Part shown: one piece after another, positions 38,701 through 53,700 of the stretch
Numbering within the stretch: position 1 is the stretch's first letter
Layout of the letters: every line of letters begins with the position of its first letter
Notes under the pieces: model-generated
Told to the model about the DNA's origin: nothing
Database searches by the model: none
The model's input: only the letters and a program-made list of their open reading frames with translations
Origin: the human T2T-CHM13v2.0 reference genome, Homo sapiens
DNA: 64,000 nucleotides
Reading direction: 5' to 3' (one strand)
NCBI RefSeq assembly: GCF_009914755.1
Contig: NC_060946.1
Program-made: the position numbers and the translations under genes

Positions 38701-41700
38701 GAAGATATTTGCTTTTTCACCGTAGGCCTCAGAGCGCTCCAAATATCCACTTGCACATACTACAAAAAGAGTGCCTCAAAGCTGCTCTTTGAAACGGAAT
38801 GTTCAACTCTATGAGTTGAATGCAAACATCACAAAGACGTTTCTGAGAATGCTTCTGTCTAGATTTGATATGAAGATATTCCCGTTTCCAACGAAATCTT
38901 CAAATCTATCCAAATGTCCACTTGCAGATTCAACAAAAAGTGGTTTTCAGAACTGCTCTATCAAAAGAAAGATCCACATCTGTTAGCTGAGTTCACACAT
39001 CACAAACAAGTTTATGAGAATGCTTCTGTCTAGTTTTTATTTGAAGATATTTCCTTTCTCACCATAGACCTGAAAGCTGTCCTAATGTTCACTTCCAGAT
39101 ACTACAGAAAGAGTGTTTCAAAACTGCTGTATGAAAGGGAATGTTCAACTCTGTGACTTGAATGCACACATCACAAAGAAGTTTCTGAGGATGCTGCTGT
39201 CTACTTTTTATATGTAATCCCGTTTCCAACGAAATCCTCCAAGCTATCCAAATATCCACTTGCAGATTCCACAGAAAGACTGTTTCAAAACTGCTCTGTC
39301 AATAGAAAGGTTCAACTCTGTTAGCTGCGTGCATATATCCCAAAGAAGATTCTGAGATTGCTTCTGTCTAGTTTTTATGGGAAGATATTTCCCTTTTCAC
39401 CGTAGGCGTCAAGGCGCTCCAAATGTCCACTTCCAGATACTACAAAAAGAGTGTTTCAAACCTACTCTGTGAAAGGGAATATTCAACTCTGTGACTTGAA
39501 TGCACATATCACAAAGAAGTTTCTGATAATGCTTCTGTCGAGATTTTATATGAAGATATTCCCGTTTCCAACGAAATCCTGAAATCTATCCAAATATCCC
39601 CTCGCAGATTCTACAAAAAGAGTGTTTCAAAACTGCTCTGTAAAAAGAAAGGTTCAACTCTGTTAGTTGAGTACACACATCACAAACAAGTTTCACAGAA
39701 TGCTTCTTTCTAGCTTGTAGGGGAAGATATTCCCTTTATCACCATGGGCCTCCAACCGTCCGAAACGTCCACTTCCATATACTACAAAAAGAGCGTTTCA
39801 AACCTGCTCTAGGAAAGGCAATGTTCAACTCTGTGACTTGAATGCAGACATCACAGAGCAGTTTCTGAGAATGCTTCTGTCTAGATTTTATAGGAAGATA
39901 TTCCCGTTTCCAACGAAATCTTCACAGCTATCCAAATATCCACTTGCAGATTCTACAAAAAGAGTGTATCAAAACTGCTCTGTCAAAAGGAAGGTTCTTC
40001 TCTGTTAGGTGAGTGCATACGTCATAAAGGAGTTTCTGAGAATGTTTCTGTCTAGTGGTTATGGGAAGATATTTGCTTTTTCACCGTAGGCCTCAGAGCG
40101 CTCCAAATATCCACTTGCACATACTACAAAAAGAGTGCCTCAGAGCTGCTCTCTGAAACGGAATGTTCAACTCTATGAGTTGAATGCAAACATCACAAAG
40201 ACGTTTCTGAGAATGCTTCTGTCTAGATTTGATATGAAGATATTCCCGTTTCCAACGAAATCTTCAAATCTATCCAAATGTCCACTTGCAGATTCAACAA
40301 AAAGTGTTTTTCAGAACTGCTCTATCAAAAGAAAGATCCACCTCTGTTAGCTGAGTTCACACATCACAAACAAGTTTATGAGAATGCTTCTGTCTAGTTT
40401 TTATTTGAAGATATTTCCTTTCTCACCATAGACCTGAAAGCTGTCCTAATGTTCACTTCCAGATACTACAGAAAGAGTGTTTCAAAACTGCTGTACGAAA
40501 GGGAATGTTCAACTCTGTGACTTGAATGCACACATCACAAAGAAGTTTCTGAGGATGCTGCTGTCTACTTTTTATACGTAATCCCGTTTCCAACGAAATC
40601 CTCCAAGCTATCCAAATATCCACTTGCAGATTCCACAGAAAGACTGTTTCAAAACTGCTCTGTCAATAGAAAGGTTCAACTCTGTTAGCTGCGTGCATAT
40701 ATCCCAAAGAAGATTCTGAGATTCCTTCTGTCTAGTTTTTATGGGAAGATATTTCCCTTTTCACCGTAGGCGTCAAGGCGCTCCAAATGTCCACTTCCAG
40801 ATACTACAAAAAGAGTGTTTCAAACCTACTCTGTGAAAGGGAATATTCAACTCTGTGACTTGAATGCACATATCACAAAGAAGTTTCTGAGAATGCTTCT
40901 GTCGAGATTTTATATGAAGATATTCCCGTTTCCAACGAAATCCTGAAATCTATCCAAATATCCCCTCGCAGATTCTACAAAAAGAGTGTTTCAAAACTGC
41001 TCTGTAAAAAGAAAGGTTCAACTCTGTTAGTTGAGTACACACATCACAAACAAGTTTCACAGAATGCTTCTTTCTAGCTTGTAGGGGAAGATATTCCCTT
41101 TATCACCATGGTCCTCAAACCGTCCGAAACGTCCACTTCCATATACTACAAAAAGAGCGTTTCAAACCTGCTCTAGGAAAGGCAATGTTCAACTCTGTGA
41201 CTTGAATGCAGACATCACAGAGCAGTTTCTGAGAATGCTTCTGTCTAGATTTTATAGGAAGATATTCCCGTTTCCAACGAAATCTTCACAGCTATCCAAA
41301 TATCCACTTGCAGATTCTACAAAAAGAGTGTATCAAAACTGCTCTGTCAAAAGGAAGGTTCTTCTCTGTTAGGTGAGTGCATACGTCATAAAGGAGTTTC
41401 TGAGAATGTTTCTGTCTAGTGGTTATGGGAAGATATTTGCTTTTTCACCGTAGGCCTCAGAGCGCTCCAAATATCCACTTGCACATACTACAAAAAGAGT
41501 GCCTCAAAGCTGCTCTCTGAAACGGAATGTTCAACTCTATGAGTTGAATGCAAACATCACAAAGACGTTTCTGAGAATGCTTCTGTCTAGATTTGATATG
41601 AAGATATTCCCGTTTCCAACGAAATCTTCAAATCTATCCAAATGTCCACTTGCAGATTCAACAAAAAGTGTTTTTCAGAACTGCTGTATCAAAAGAAAGA

Positions 41701-44700
41701 TCCACGTCTGTTAGCTGAGTTCACACATCACAAACAAGTTTATGAGAATGCTTCTGTCTAGTTTTTATTTGAAGATATTTCCTTTCTCACCATAGACCTG
41801 AAAGCTGTCCTAATGTTCACTTCCAGATACTACAGAAAGAGTGTTTCAAAACTGCTGTACGAAAGGGAATGTTCAACTCTGTGACTTGAATGCACACATC
41901 ACAAAGAAGTTTCTGAGGATGCTGCTGTCTACTTTTTATATGTAATCCCGTTTCCAACGAAATCCTCCAAGCTATCCAAATATCCACTTGCAGATTCCAC
42001 AGAAAGACTGTTTCAAAACTGCTCTGTCAATAGAAAGGTTCAACTCTGTTAGCTGCGTGCATATATCCCAAAGAAGATTCTGAGATTGCTTCTGTCTAGT
42101 TTTTATGGGAAGATATTTCCCTTTTCACCGTAGGCGTCAAGGCGCTCCAAATGTCCACTTCCAGATACTACAAAAAGAGTGTTTCAAACCTACTCTGTGA
42201 AAGGGAATATTCAACTCTGTGACTTGAATGCACATATCACAAAGAAGTTTCTGATAATGCTTCTGTCGAGATTTTATATGAAGATATTCCCGTTTCCAAC
42301 GAAATCCTGAAATCTATCCAAATATCCCCTCGCAGATTCTACAAAAAGAGTGTTTCAAAACTGCTCTGTAAAAAGAAAGGTTCAACTCTGTTAGTTGAGT
42401 ACACACATCACAAACAAGTTTCACAGAATGCTTCTTTCTAGCTTGTAGGGGAAGATATTCCCTTTATCACCATGGGCCTCCAACCGTCCGAAACGTCCAC
42501 TTCCATATACTACAAAAAGAGCGTTTCAAACCTGCTCTAGGAAAGGCAATGTTCAACTCTGTGACTTGAATGCAGACATCACAGAGCAGTTTCTGAGAAT
42601 GCTTCTGTCTAGATTTTATAGGAAGATATTCCCGTTTCCAACGAAATCTTCACAGCTATCCAAATATCCACTTGCAGATTCTACAAAAAGAGTGTATCAA
42701 AACTGCTCTGTCAAAAGGAAGGTTCTTCTCTGTTAGGTGAGTGCATACGTCATAAAGGAGTTTCTGAGAATGTTTCTGTCTAGTGGTTATGGGAAGATAT
42801 TTGCTTTTTCACCGTAGGCCTCAGAGCGCTCCAAATATCCACTTGCACATACTACAAAAAGAGTGCCTCAGAGCTGCTCTCTGAAACGGAATGTTCAACT
42901 CTATGAGTTGAATGCAAACATCACAAAGACGTTTCTGAGAATGCTTCTGTCTAGATTTGATATGAAGATATTCCCGTTTCCAACGAAATCTTCAAATCTA
43001 TCCAAATGTCCACTTGCAGATTCAACAAAAAGTGTTTTTCAGAACTGCTCTATCAAAAGAAAGATCCACCTCTGTTAGCTGAGTTCACACATCACAAACA
43101 AGTTTATGAGAATGCTTCTGTCTAGTTTTTATTTGAAGATATTTCCTTTCTCACCATAGACCTGAAAGCTGTCCTAATGTTCACTTCCAGATACTACAGA
43201 AAGAGTGTTTCAAAACTGCTGTACGAAAGGGAATGTTCAACTCTGTGACTTGAATGCACACATCACAAAGAAGTTTCTGAGGATGCTGCTGTCTACTTTT
43301 TATACGTAATCCCGTTTCCAACGAAATCCTCCAAGCTATCCAAATATCCACTTGCAGATTCCACAGAAAGACTGTTTCAAAACTGCTCTGTCAATAGAAA
43401 GGTTCAACTCTGTTAGCTGCGTGCATATATCCCAAAGAAGATTCTGAGATTCCTTCTGTCTAGTTTTTATGGGAAGATATTTCCCTTTTCACCGTAGGCG
43501 TCAAGGCGCTCCAAATGTCCACTTCCAGATACTACAAAAAGAGTGTTTCAAACCTACTCTGTGAAAGGGAATATTCAACTCTGTGACTTGAATGCACATA
43601 TCACAAAGAAGTTTCTGAGAATGCTTCTGTCGAGATTTTATATGAAGATATTCCCGTTTCCAACGAAATCCTGAAATCTATCCAAATATCCCCTCGCAGA
43701 TTCTACAAAAAGAGTGTTTCAAAACTGCTCTGTAAAAAGAAAGGTTCAACTCTGTTAGTTGAGTACACACATCACAAACAAGTTTCACAGAATGCTTCTT
43801 TCTAGCTTGTAGGGGAAGATATTCCCTTTATCACCATGGTCCTCAAACCGTCCGAAACGTCCACTTCCATATACTACAAAAAGAGCGTTTCAAACCTGCT
43901 CTAGGAAAGGCAATGTTCAACTCTGTGACTTGAATGCAGACATCACAGAGCAGTTTCTGAGAATGCTTCTGTCTAGATTTTATAGGAAGATATTCCCGTT
44001 TCCAACGAAATCTTCACAGCTATCCAAATATCCACTTGCAGATTCTACAAAAAGAGTGTATCAAAACTGCTCTGTCAAAAGGAAGGTTCTTCTCTGTTAG
44101 GTGAGTGCATACGTCATAAAGGAGTTTCTGAGAATGTTTCTGTCTAGTGGTTATGGGAAGATATTTGCTTTTTCACCGTAGGCCTCAGAGCGCTCCAAAT
44201 ATCCACTTGCACATACTACAAAAAGAGTGCCTCAAAGCTGCTCTCTGAAACGGAATGTTCAACTCTATGAGTTGAATGCAAACATCACAAAGACGTTTCT
44301 GAGAATGCTTCTGTCTAGATTTGATATGAAGATATTCCCGTTTCCAACGAAATCTTCAAATCTATCCAAATGTCCACTTGCAGATTCAACAAAAAGTGTT
44401 TTTCAGAACTGCTGTATCAAAAGAAAGATCCACGTCTGTTAGCTGAGTTCACACATCACAAACAAGTTTATGAGAATGCTTCTGTCTAGTTTTTATTTGA
44501 AGATATTTCCTTTCTCACCATAGACCTGAAAGCTGTCCTAATGTTCACTTCCAGATACTACAGAAAGAGTGTTTCAAAACTGCTGTACGAAAGGGAATTT
44601 TCAACTCTGTGACTTGAATGCACACATCACAAAGAAGTTTCTGAGGATGCTGCTGTCTACTTTTTATACGTAATCCCGTTTCCAACGAAATCCTCCAAGC

Positions 44701-47700
44701 TATCCAAATATCCACTTGCAGATTCCACAGAAAGACTGTTTCAAAACTGCTCTGTCAATAGAAAGGTTCAACTCTGTTAGCTGCGTGCATATATCCCAAA
44801 GAAGATTCTGAGATTGCTTCTGTCTAGTTTTTATGGGAAGATATTTCCCTTTTCACCGTAGGCGTCAAGGCGCTCCAAATGTCCACTTCCAGATACTACA
44901 AAAAGAGTGTTTCAAACCTACTCTGTGAAAGGGAATATTCAACTCTGTGACTTGAATGCACATATCACAAAGAAGTTTCTGAGAATGCTTCTGTCGAGAT
45001 TTTATATGAAGATATTCCCGTTTCCAACGAAATCCTGAAATCTATCCAAATATCCCCTCGCAGATTCTACAAAAAGAGTGTTTCAAAACTGCTCTGTAAA
45101 AAGAAAGGTTCAACTCTGTTAGTTGAGTACACACATCACAAACAAGTTTCACAGAATGCTTCTTTCTAGCTTGTAGGGGAAGATATTCCCTTTATCACCA
45201 TGGTCCTCCAACCGTCCGAAACGTCCACTTCCATATACTACAAAAAGAGCGTTTCAAACCTGCTCTAGGAAAGGCAATGTTCAACTCTGTGACTTGAATG
45301 CAGACATCACAGAACAGTTTCTGAGAATGCTTCTGTCTAGATTTTATAGGAAGATATTCCCGTTTCCAACGAAATCTTCACAGCTATCCAAATATCCACT
45401 TGCAGATTCTACAAAAAGAGTGTATCAAAACTGCTCTGTCAAAAGGAAGGTTCTTCTCTGTTAGGTGAGTGCATACGTCATAAAGGAGTTTCTGAGAATG
45501 TTTCTGTCTAGTGGTTATGGGAAGATATTTGCTTTTTCACCGTAGGCCTCAGAGCGCTCCAAATATCCACTTGCACATACTACAAAAAGAGTGCCTCAAA
45601 GCTGCTCTCTGAAACGGAATGTTCAACTCTATGAGTTGAATGCAAACATCACAAAGACGTTTCTGAGAATGCTTCTGTCTAGATTTGATATGAAGATATT
45701 CCCGTTTCCAACGAAATCTTCAAATCTATCCAAATGTCCACTTGCAGATTCAACAAAAAGTGTTTTTCAGAACTGCTCTATCAAAAGAAAGATCCACCTC
45801 TGTTAGCTGAGTTCACACATCACAAACAAGTTTATGAGAATGCTTCTGTCTAGTTTTTATTTGAAGATATTTCCTTTCTCACCATAGACCTGAAAGCTGT
45901 CCTAATGTTCACTTCCAGATACTACAGAAAGAGTGTTTCAAAACTGCTGTACGAAAGGGAATGTTCAACTCTGTGACTTGAATGCACACATCACAAAGAA
46001 GTTTCTGAGGATGCTGCTGTCTACTTTTTATACGTAATCCCGTTTCCAACGAAATCCTCCAAGCTATCCAAATATCCACTTGCAGATTCCACAGAAAGAC
46101 TGTTTCAAAACTGCTCTGTCAATAGAAAGGTTCAACTCTGTTAGCTGCGTGCATATATCCCAAAGAAGATTCTGAGATTCCTTCTGTCTAGTTTTTATGG
46201 GAAGATATTTCCCTTTTCACCGTAGGCGTCAAGGCCCTCCAAATGTCCACTTCCAGATACTACAAAAAGAGTGTTTCAAACCTACTCTGTGAAAGGGAAT
46301 ATTCAACTCTGTGACTTGAATGCACATATCACAAAGAAGTTTCTGAGAATGCTTCTGTCGAGATTTTATATGAAGATATTCCCGTTTCCAACGAAATCCT
46401 GAAATCTATCCAAATATCCCCTCGCAGATTCTACAAAAAGAGTGTTTCAAAACTGTTCTGTAAAAAGAAAGGTTCAACTCTGTTAGTTGAGTACACACAT
46501 CACAAACAAGTATCACAGAATGCTTCTTTCTAGCTTGTAGGGGAAGATATTCCCTTTATCACCATGGGCCTCAAACCGTCCGAAACGTCCACTTCCATAT
46601 ACTTCAAAAAGAGCGTTTCAAACCTGCTCTATGAAAGGCAATGTTCAACTCTGTGACTTGAATGCAGACATCACAGAGCTGTTTATGAGAATGCTTCTGT
46701 CTAGATTTTATAGGATGATATTCCCGTTTCCAACGAAATCTTCACAGCTATCCAAATATCCACTTGCAGATTCTACAAAAAGAGTGTATCCAAACTGCTC
46801 TGGCAAAAGGAAGGTTCTTCTCTGTTAGGTGAGTGCATACGTCATAAAGGAGTTTCTGAGAATGTTTCTGTCTAGTGGTTATGGGAAGATATTTGCTTTT
46901 TCACCGTAGGCCTCAGAGCGCTCCAAATATCCACTTGCACATACTACAAAAAGAGTGCCTCAAAGCTGCTCTCTGAAATGGAATGTTCAACTCTATGAGT
47001 TGAATGCAAACATCACAAAGACGTTTCTGAGAATGCTTCTGTCTAGATTTGATATGAAGATATTCCCGTTTCCAACGAAATCTTCAAATCTATCCAAATG
47101 TCCACTTGCAGATTCAACAAAAAGTGTTTTTCAGAACTGCTCTATCAAAAGAAAGATCCACCTCTGTTAGCTGAGTTCACACATCCAAACAAGTTTATGA
47201 GAATGCTTCTGTCTAGTTTTTATTTGAAGATATTTCCTTTCTCACCATAGACCTGAAAGCTGTCCTAATGTTCACTTCCAGATACTACAGAAAGAGTGTT
47301 TAAAAACTGCTGTACGAAAGGGAATGTTCAACTCTGTGACTTGAATGCACACATCACAAAGAAGTTTCTGAGGATGCTGCTGTCTACTTTTTATACGTAA
47401 TCCCGTTTCCAACGAAATCCTCCAAGCTATCCAAATATCCACTTGCAGATTCCACAGAAAGACTGTTTCAAAACTGCTCTGTCAATAGAAAGGTTCAACT
47501 CTGTTAGCTGCGTGCATATATCCCAAAGAAGATTCTGAGATTGCTTCTGTCTAGTTTTTATGGGAAGATATTTCCCTTTTCACCGTAGGCGTCAAGGCGC
47601 TCCAAATGTCCACTTCCAGATACTACAAAAAGAGTGTTTCAAACCTACTCTGTGAAAGGGAATATTCAACTCTGTGACTTTAATGCACATATCACAAAGA

Positions 47701-50700
47701 AGTTTCTGATAATGCTTCTGTCGAGATTTTATATGAAGATATTCCCGTTTCCAACGAAATCCTGAAATCTATCCAAATATCCCCTCGCAGATTCTACAAA
47801 AAGAGTGTTTCAAAACTGCTCTGTAAAAAGAAAGGTTCAACTCTGTTAGTTGAGTACACACATCACAAACAAGTTTCACAGAATGCTTCTTTCTAGCTTG
47901 TAGGGGAAGATATTCCCTTTATCACCATGGGCCTCCAACCGTCCGAAACGTCCACTTCCATATACTACAAAAAGAGCGTTTCAAACCTGCTCTATGAAAG
48001 GCAATGTTCAACTCTGTGACTTGAATGCAGACATCACAGAGCAGTTTCTGAGAATGCTTCTGTCTAGATTTTATAGGAAGATATTCCCGTTTCCAACGAA
48101 ATCTTCACAGCTATCCAAATATCCACTTGCAGATTCTACAAAAAGAGTGTATCAAAACTGCTCTGTCAAAAGGAAGGTTCTTCTCTGTTAGGTGAGTGCA
48201 TACGTCATAAAGGAGTTTCTGAGAATGTTTCTGTCTAGTGGTTATGGGAAGATATTTGCTTTTTCACCGTAGGCCTCAGAGCGCTCCAAATATCCACTTG
48301 CACATACTACAAAAAGAGTGCCTCAAAGCTGCTCTTTGAAACGGAATGTTCAACTCTATGAGTTGAATGCAAACATCACAAAGACGTTTCTGAGAATGCT
48401 TCTGTCTAGATTTGATATGAAGATATTCCCGTTTCCAACGAAATCTTCAAATCTATCCAAATGTCCACTTGCAGATTCAACAAAAAGTGTTTTTCAGAAC
48501 TGCTCTATCAAAAGAAAGATCCACATCTGTTAGCTGAGTTCACACATCACAAACAAGTTTATGAGAATGCTTCTGTCTAGTTTTTATTTGAAGATATTTC
48601 CTTTCTCACCATAGACCTGAAAGCTGTCCTAATGTTCACTTCCAGATACTACAGAAAGAGTGTTTCAAAACTGCTGTATGAAAGGGAATGTTCAACTCTG
48701 TGACTTGAATGCACACATCACAAAGAAGTTTCTGAGGATGCTGCTGTCTACTTTTTATATGTAATCCCGTTTCCAACGAAATCCTCCAAGCTATCCAAAT
48801 ATCCACTTGCAGATTCCACAGAAAGACTGTTTCAAAACTGCTCTGTCAATAGAAAGGTTCAACTCTGTTAGCTGCGTGCATATATCCCAAAGAAGATTCT
48901 GAGATTGCTTCTGTCTAGTTTTTATGGGAAGATATTTCCCTTTTCACCGTAGGCGTCAAGGCGCTCCAAATGTCCACTTCCAGATACTACAAAAAGAGTG
49001 TTTCAAACCTACTCTGTGAAAGGGAATATTCAACTCTGTGACTTGAATGCACATATCACAAAGAAGTTTCTGAGAATGCTTCTGTCGAGATTTTATATGA
49101 AGATATTCCCGTTTCCAACGAAATCCTGAAATCTATCCAAATATCCCCTCGCAGATTCTACAAAAAGAGTGTTTCAAAACTGCTCTGTAAAAAGAAAGGT
49201 TCAACTCTGTTAGTTGAGTACACACATCACAAACAAGTTTCACAGAATGCTTCTTTCTAGCTTGTAGGGGAAGATATTCCCTTTATCACCATGGGCCTCC
49301 AACCGTCCGAAACGTCCACTTCCATATACTACAAAAAGAGCGTTTCAAACCTGCTCTAGGAAAGGCAATGTTCAACTCTGTGACTTGAATGCAGACATCA
49401 CAGAGCAGTTTCTGAGAATGCTTCTGTCTAGATTTTATAGGAAGATATTCCCGTTTCCAACGAAATCTTCACAGCTATCCAAATATCCACTTGCAGATTC
49501 TACAAAAAGAGTGTATCAAAACTGCTCTGTCAAAAGGAAGGTTCTTCTCTGTTAGGTGAGTGCATACGTCATAAAGGAGTTTCTGAGAATGTTTCTGTCT
49601 AGTGGTTATGGGAAGATATTTGCTTTTTCACCGTAGGCCTCAGAGCGCTCCAAATATCCACTTGCACATACTACAAAAAGAGTGCCTCAGAGCTGCTCTC
49701 TGAAACGGAATGTTCAACTCTATGAGTTGAATGCAAACATCACAAAGACGTTTCTGAGAATGCTTCTGTCTAGATTTGATATGAAGATATTCCCGTTTCC
49801 AACGAAATCTTCAAATCTATCCAAATGTCCACTTGCAGATTCAACAAAAAGTGTTTTTCAGAACTGCTCTATCAAAAGAAAGATCCACCTCTGTTAGCTG
49901 AGTTCACACATCACAAACAAGTTTATGAGAATGCTTCTGTCTAGTTTTTATTTGAAGATATTTCCTTTCTCACCATAGACCTGAAAGCTGTCCTAATGTT
50001 CACTTCCAGATACTACAGAAAGAGTGTTTCAAAACTGCTGTACGAAAGGGAATGTTCAACTCTGTGACTTGAATGCACACATCACAAAGAAGTTTCTGAG
50101 GATGCTGCTGTCTACTTTTTATACGTAATCCCGTTTCCAACGAAATCCTCCAAGCTATCCAAATATCCACTTGCAGATTCCACAGAAAGACTGTTTCAAA
50201 ACTGCTCTGTCAATAGAAAGGTTCAACTCTGTTAGCTGCGTGCATATATCCCAAAGAAGATTCTGAGATTCCTTCTGTCTAGTTTTTATGGGAAGATATT
50301 TCCCTTTTCACCGTAGGCGTCAAGGCGCTCCAAATGTCCACTTCCAGATACTACAAAAAGAGTGTTTCAAACCTACTCTGTGAAAGGGAATATTCAACTC
50401 TGTGACTTGAATGCACATATCACAAAGAAGTTTCTGAGAATGCTTCTGTCGAGATTTTATATGAAGATATTCCCGTTTCCAACGAAATCCTGAAATCTAT
50501 CCAAATATCCCCTCGCAGATTCTACAAAAAGAGTGTTTCAAAACTGTTCTGTAAAAAGAAAGGTTCAACTCTGTTAGTTGAGTACACACATCACAAACAA
50601 GTATCACAGAATGCTTCTTTCTAGCTTGTAGGGGAAGATATTCCCTTTATCACCATGGGCCTCAAACCGTCCGAAACGTCCACTTCCATATACTTCAAAA

Positions 50701-53700
50701 AGAGCGTTTCAAACCTGCTCTATGAAAGGCAATGTTCAACTCTGTGACTTGAATGCAGACATCACAGAGCTGTTTATGAGAATGCTTCTGTCTAGATTTT
50801 ATAGGATGATATTCCCGTTTCCAACGAAATCTTCACAGCTATCCAAATATCCACTTGCAGATTCTACAAAAAGAGTGTATCCAAACTGCTCTGGCAAAAG
50901 GAAGGTTCTTCTCTGTTAGGTGAGTGCATACGTCATAAAGGAGTTTCTGAGAATGTTTCTGTCTAGTGGTTATGGGAAGATATTTGCTTTTTCACCGTAG
51001 GCCTCAGAGCGCTCCAAATATCCACTTGCACATACTACAAAAAGAGTGCCTCAAAGCTGCTCTCTGAAATGGAATGTTCAACTCTATGAGTTGAATGCAA
51101 ACATCACAAAGACGTTTCTGAGAATGCTTCTGTCTAGATTTGATATGAAGATATTCCCGTTTCCAACGAAATCTTCAAATCTATCCAAATGTCCACTTCT
51201 ATAATCAACAAAAAGTGTTTTTCAGAACTGCTCTATCAAAAGAAAGATCCACCTCTGTTAGCTGAGTTCACACATCCAAACAAGTTTATGAGAATGCTTC
51301 TGTCTAGTTTTTATTTGAAGATATTTCCTTTCTCACCATAGACCTGAAAGCTGTCCTAATGTTCACTTCCAGATACTACAGAAAGAGTGTTTAAAAACTG
51401 CTGTACGAAAGGGAATGTTCAACTCTGTGACTTGAATGCACACATCACAAAGAAGTTTCTGAGGATGCTGCTGTCTACTTTTTATACGTAATCCCGTTTC
51501 CAACGAAATCCTCCAAGCTATCCAAATATCCACTTGCAGATTCCACAGAAAGACTGTTTCAAAACTGCTCTGTCAATAGAAAGGTTCAACTCTGTTAGCT
51601 GCGTGCATATATCCCAAAGAAGATTCTGAGATTGCTTCTGTCTAGTTTTTATGGGAAGATATTTCCCTTTTCACCGTAGGTGTCAAGGCGCTCCAAATGT
51701 CCACTTCCAGATACTACAAAAAGAGTGTTTCAAACCTACTCTGTGAAAAGGAATATTCAACTCTGTGACTTTAATGCACATATCACAAAGAAGTTTCTGA
51801 GAATGCTTCTGTCGAGATTTTATATGAAGATATTCCCGTTTCCAACGAAATCCTGAAATCTATCCAAATATCCCCTCGCAGATTCTACAAAAAGAGTGTT
51901 TCAAAACTGCTCTGTAAAAAGAAAGGTTCAACTCTGTTAGTTGAGTACACACATCACAAACAAGTTTCACAGAATGCTTCTTTCTAGCTTGTAGGGGAAG
52001 ATATTCCCTTTATCACCATGGGCCTCCAACCGTCCGAAACGTCCACTTCCATATACTACAAAAAGAGCGTTTCAAACCTGCTCTATGAAAGGCAATGTTC
52101 AACTCTGTGACTTGAATGCAGACATCACAGAGCAGTTTCTGAGAATGCTTCTGTCTAGATTTTATAGGAAGATATTCCCGTTTCCAACGAAATCTTCACA
52201 GCTATCCAAATATCCACTTGTAGATTCTACAAAAAGAGTGTATCAAAACTGCTCTGTCAAAAGGAAGGTTCTTCTCTGTTAGGTGAGTGCATACGTCATA
52301 AAGGAGTTTCTGAGAATGTTTCTGTCTAGTGGTTATGGGAAGATATTTGCTTTTTCACCGTAGGCCTCAGAGCGCTCCAAATATCCACTTGCACATACTA
52401 CAAAAAGAGTGCCTCAAAGCTGCTCTCTGAAACGGAATGTTCAACTCTATGAGTTGAATGCAAACATCACAAAGACGTTTCTGAGAATGCTTCTGTCTAG
52501 ATTTGATATGAAGATATTCCCGTTTCCAACGAAATCTTCAAATCTATCCAAATGTCCACTTGCAGATTCAACAAAAAGTGTTTTTCAGAACTGCTGTATC
52601 AAAAGAAAGATCCACGTCTGTTAGCTGAGTTCACACATCACAAACAAGTTTATGAGAATGCTTCTGTCTAGTTTTTATTTGAAGATATTTCCTTTCTCAC
52701 CATAGACCTGAAAGCTGTCCTAATGTTCACTTCCAGATACTACAGAAAGAGTGTTTCAAAACTGCTGTACGAAAGGGAATTTTCAACCCTGTGACTTGAA
52801 TGCACACATCACAAAGAAGTTTCTGAGGATGCTGCTGTCTACTTTTTATACGTAATCCCGTTTCCAACGAAATCCTCCAAGCTATCCAAATATCCACTTG
52901 CAGATTCCACAGAAAGACTGTTTCAAAACTGCTCTGTCAATAGAAAGGTTCAACTCTGTTAGCTGCGTGCATATATCCCAAAGAAGATTCTGAGATTGCT
53001 TCTGTCTAGTTTTTATGGGAAGATATTTCCCTTTTCACCGTAGGCGTCAAGGCGCTCCAAATGTCCACTTCCAGATACTACAAAAAGAGTGTTTCAAACC
53101 TACTCTGTGAAAGGGAATATTCAACTCTGTGACTTGAATGCACATATCACAAAGAAGTTTCTGAGAATGCTTCTGTCGAGATTTTATATGAAGATATTCC
53201 CGTTTCCAACGAAATCCTGAAATCTATCCAAATATCCCCTCGCAGATTCTACAAAAAGAGTGTTTCAAAACTGCTCTGTAAAAAGAAAGGTTCAACTCTG
53301 TTAGTTGAGTACACACATCACAAACAAGTTTCACAGAATGCTTCTTTCTAGCTTGTAGGGGAAGATATTCCCTTTATCACCATGGGCCTCCAAACGTCCG
53401 AAACGTCCACTTCCATATACTACAAAAAGAGCGTTTCAAACCTGCTCTAGGAAAGGCAATGTTCAACTCTGTGACTTGAATGCAGACATCACAGAGCAGT
53501 TTCTGAGAATGCTTCTGTCTAGATTTTATAGGAAGATATTCCCGTTTCCAACGAAATCTTCACAGCTATCCAAATATCCACTTGCAGATTCTACAAAAAG
53601 AGTGTATCAAAACTGCTCTGTCAAAAGGAAGGTTCTTCTCTGTTAGGTGAGTGCATACGTCATAAAGGAGTTTCTGAGAATGTTTCTGTCTAGTGGTTAT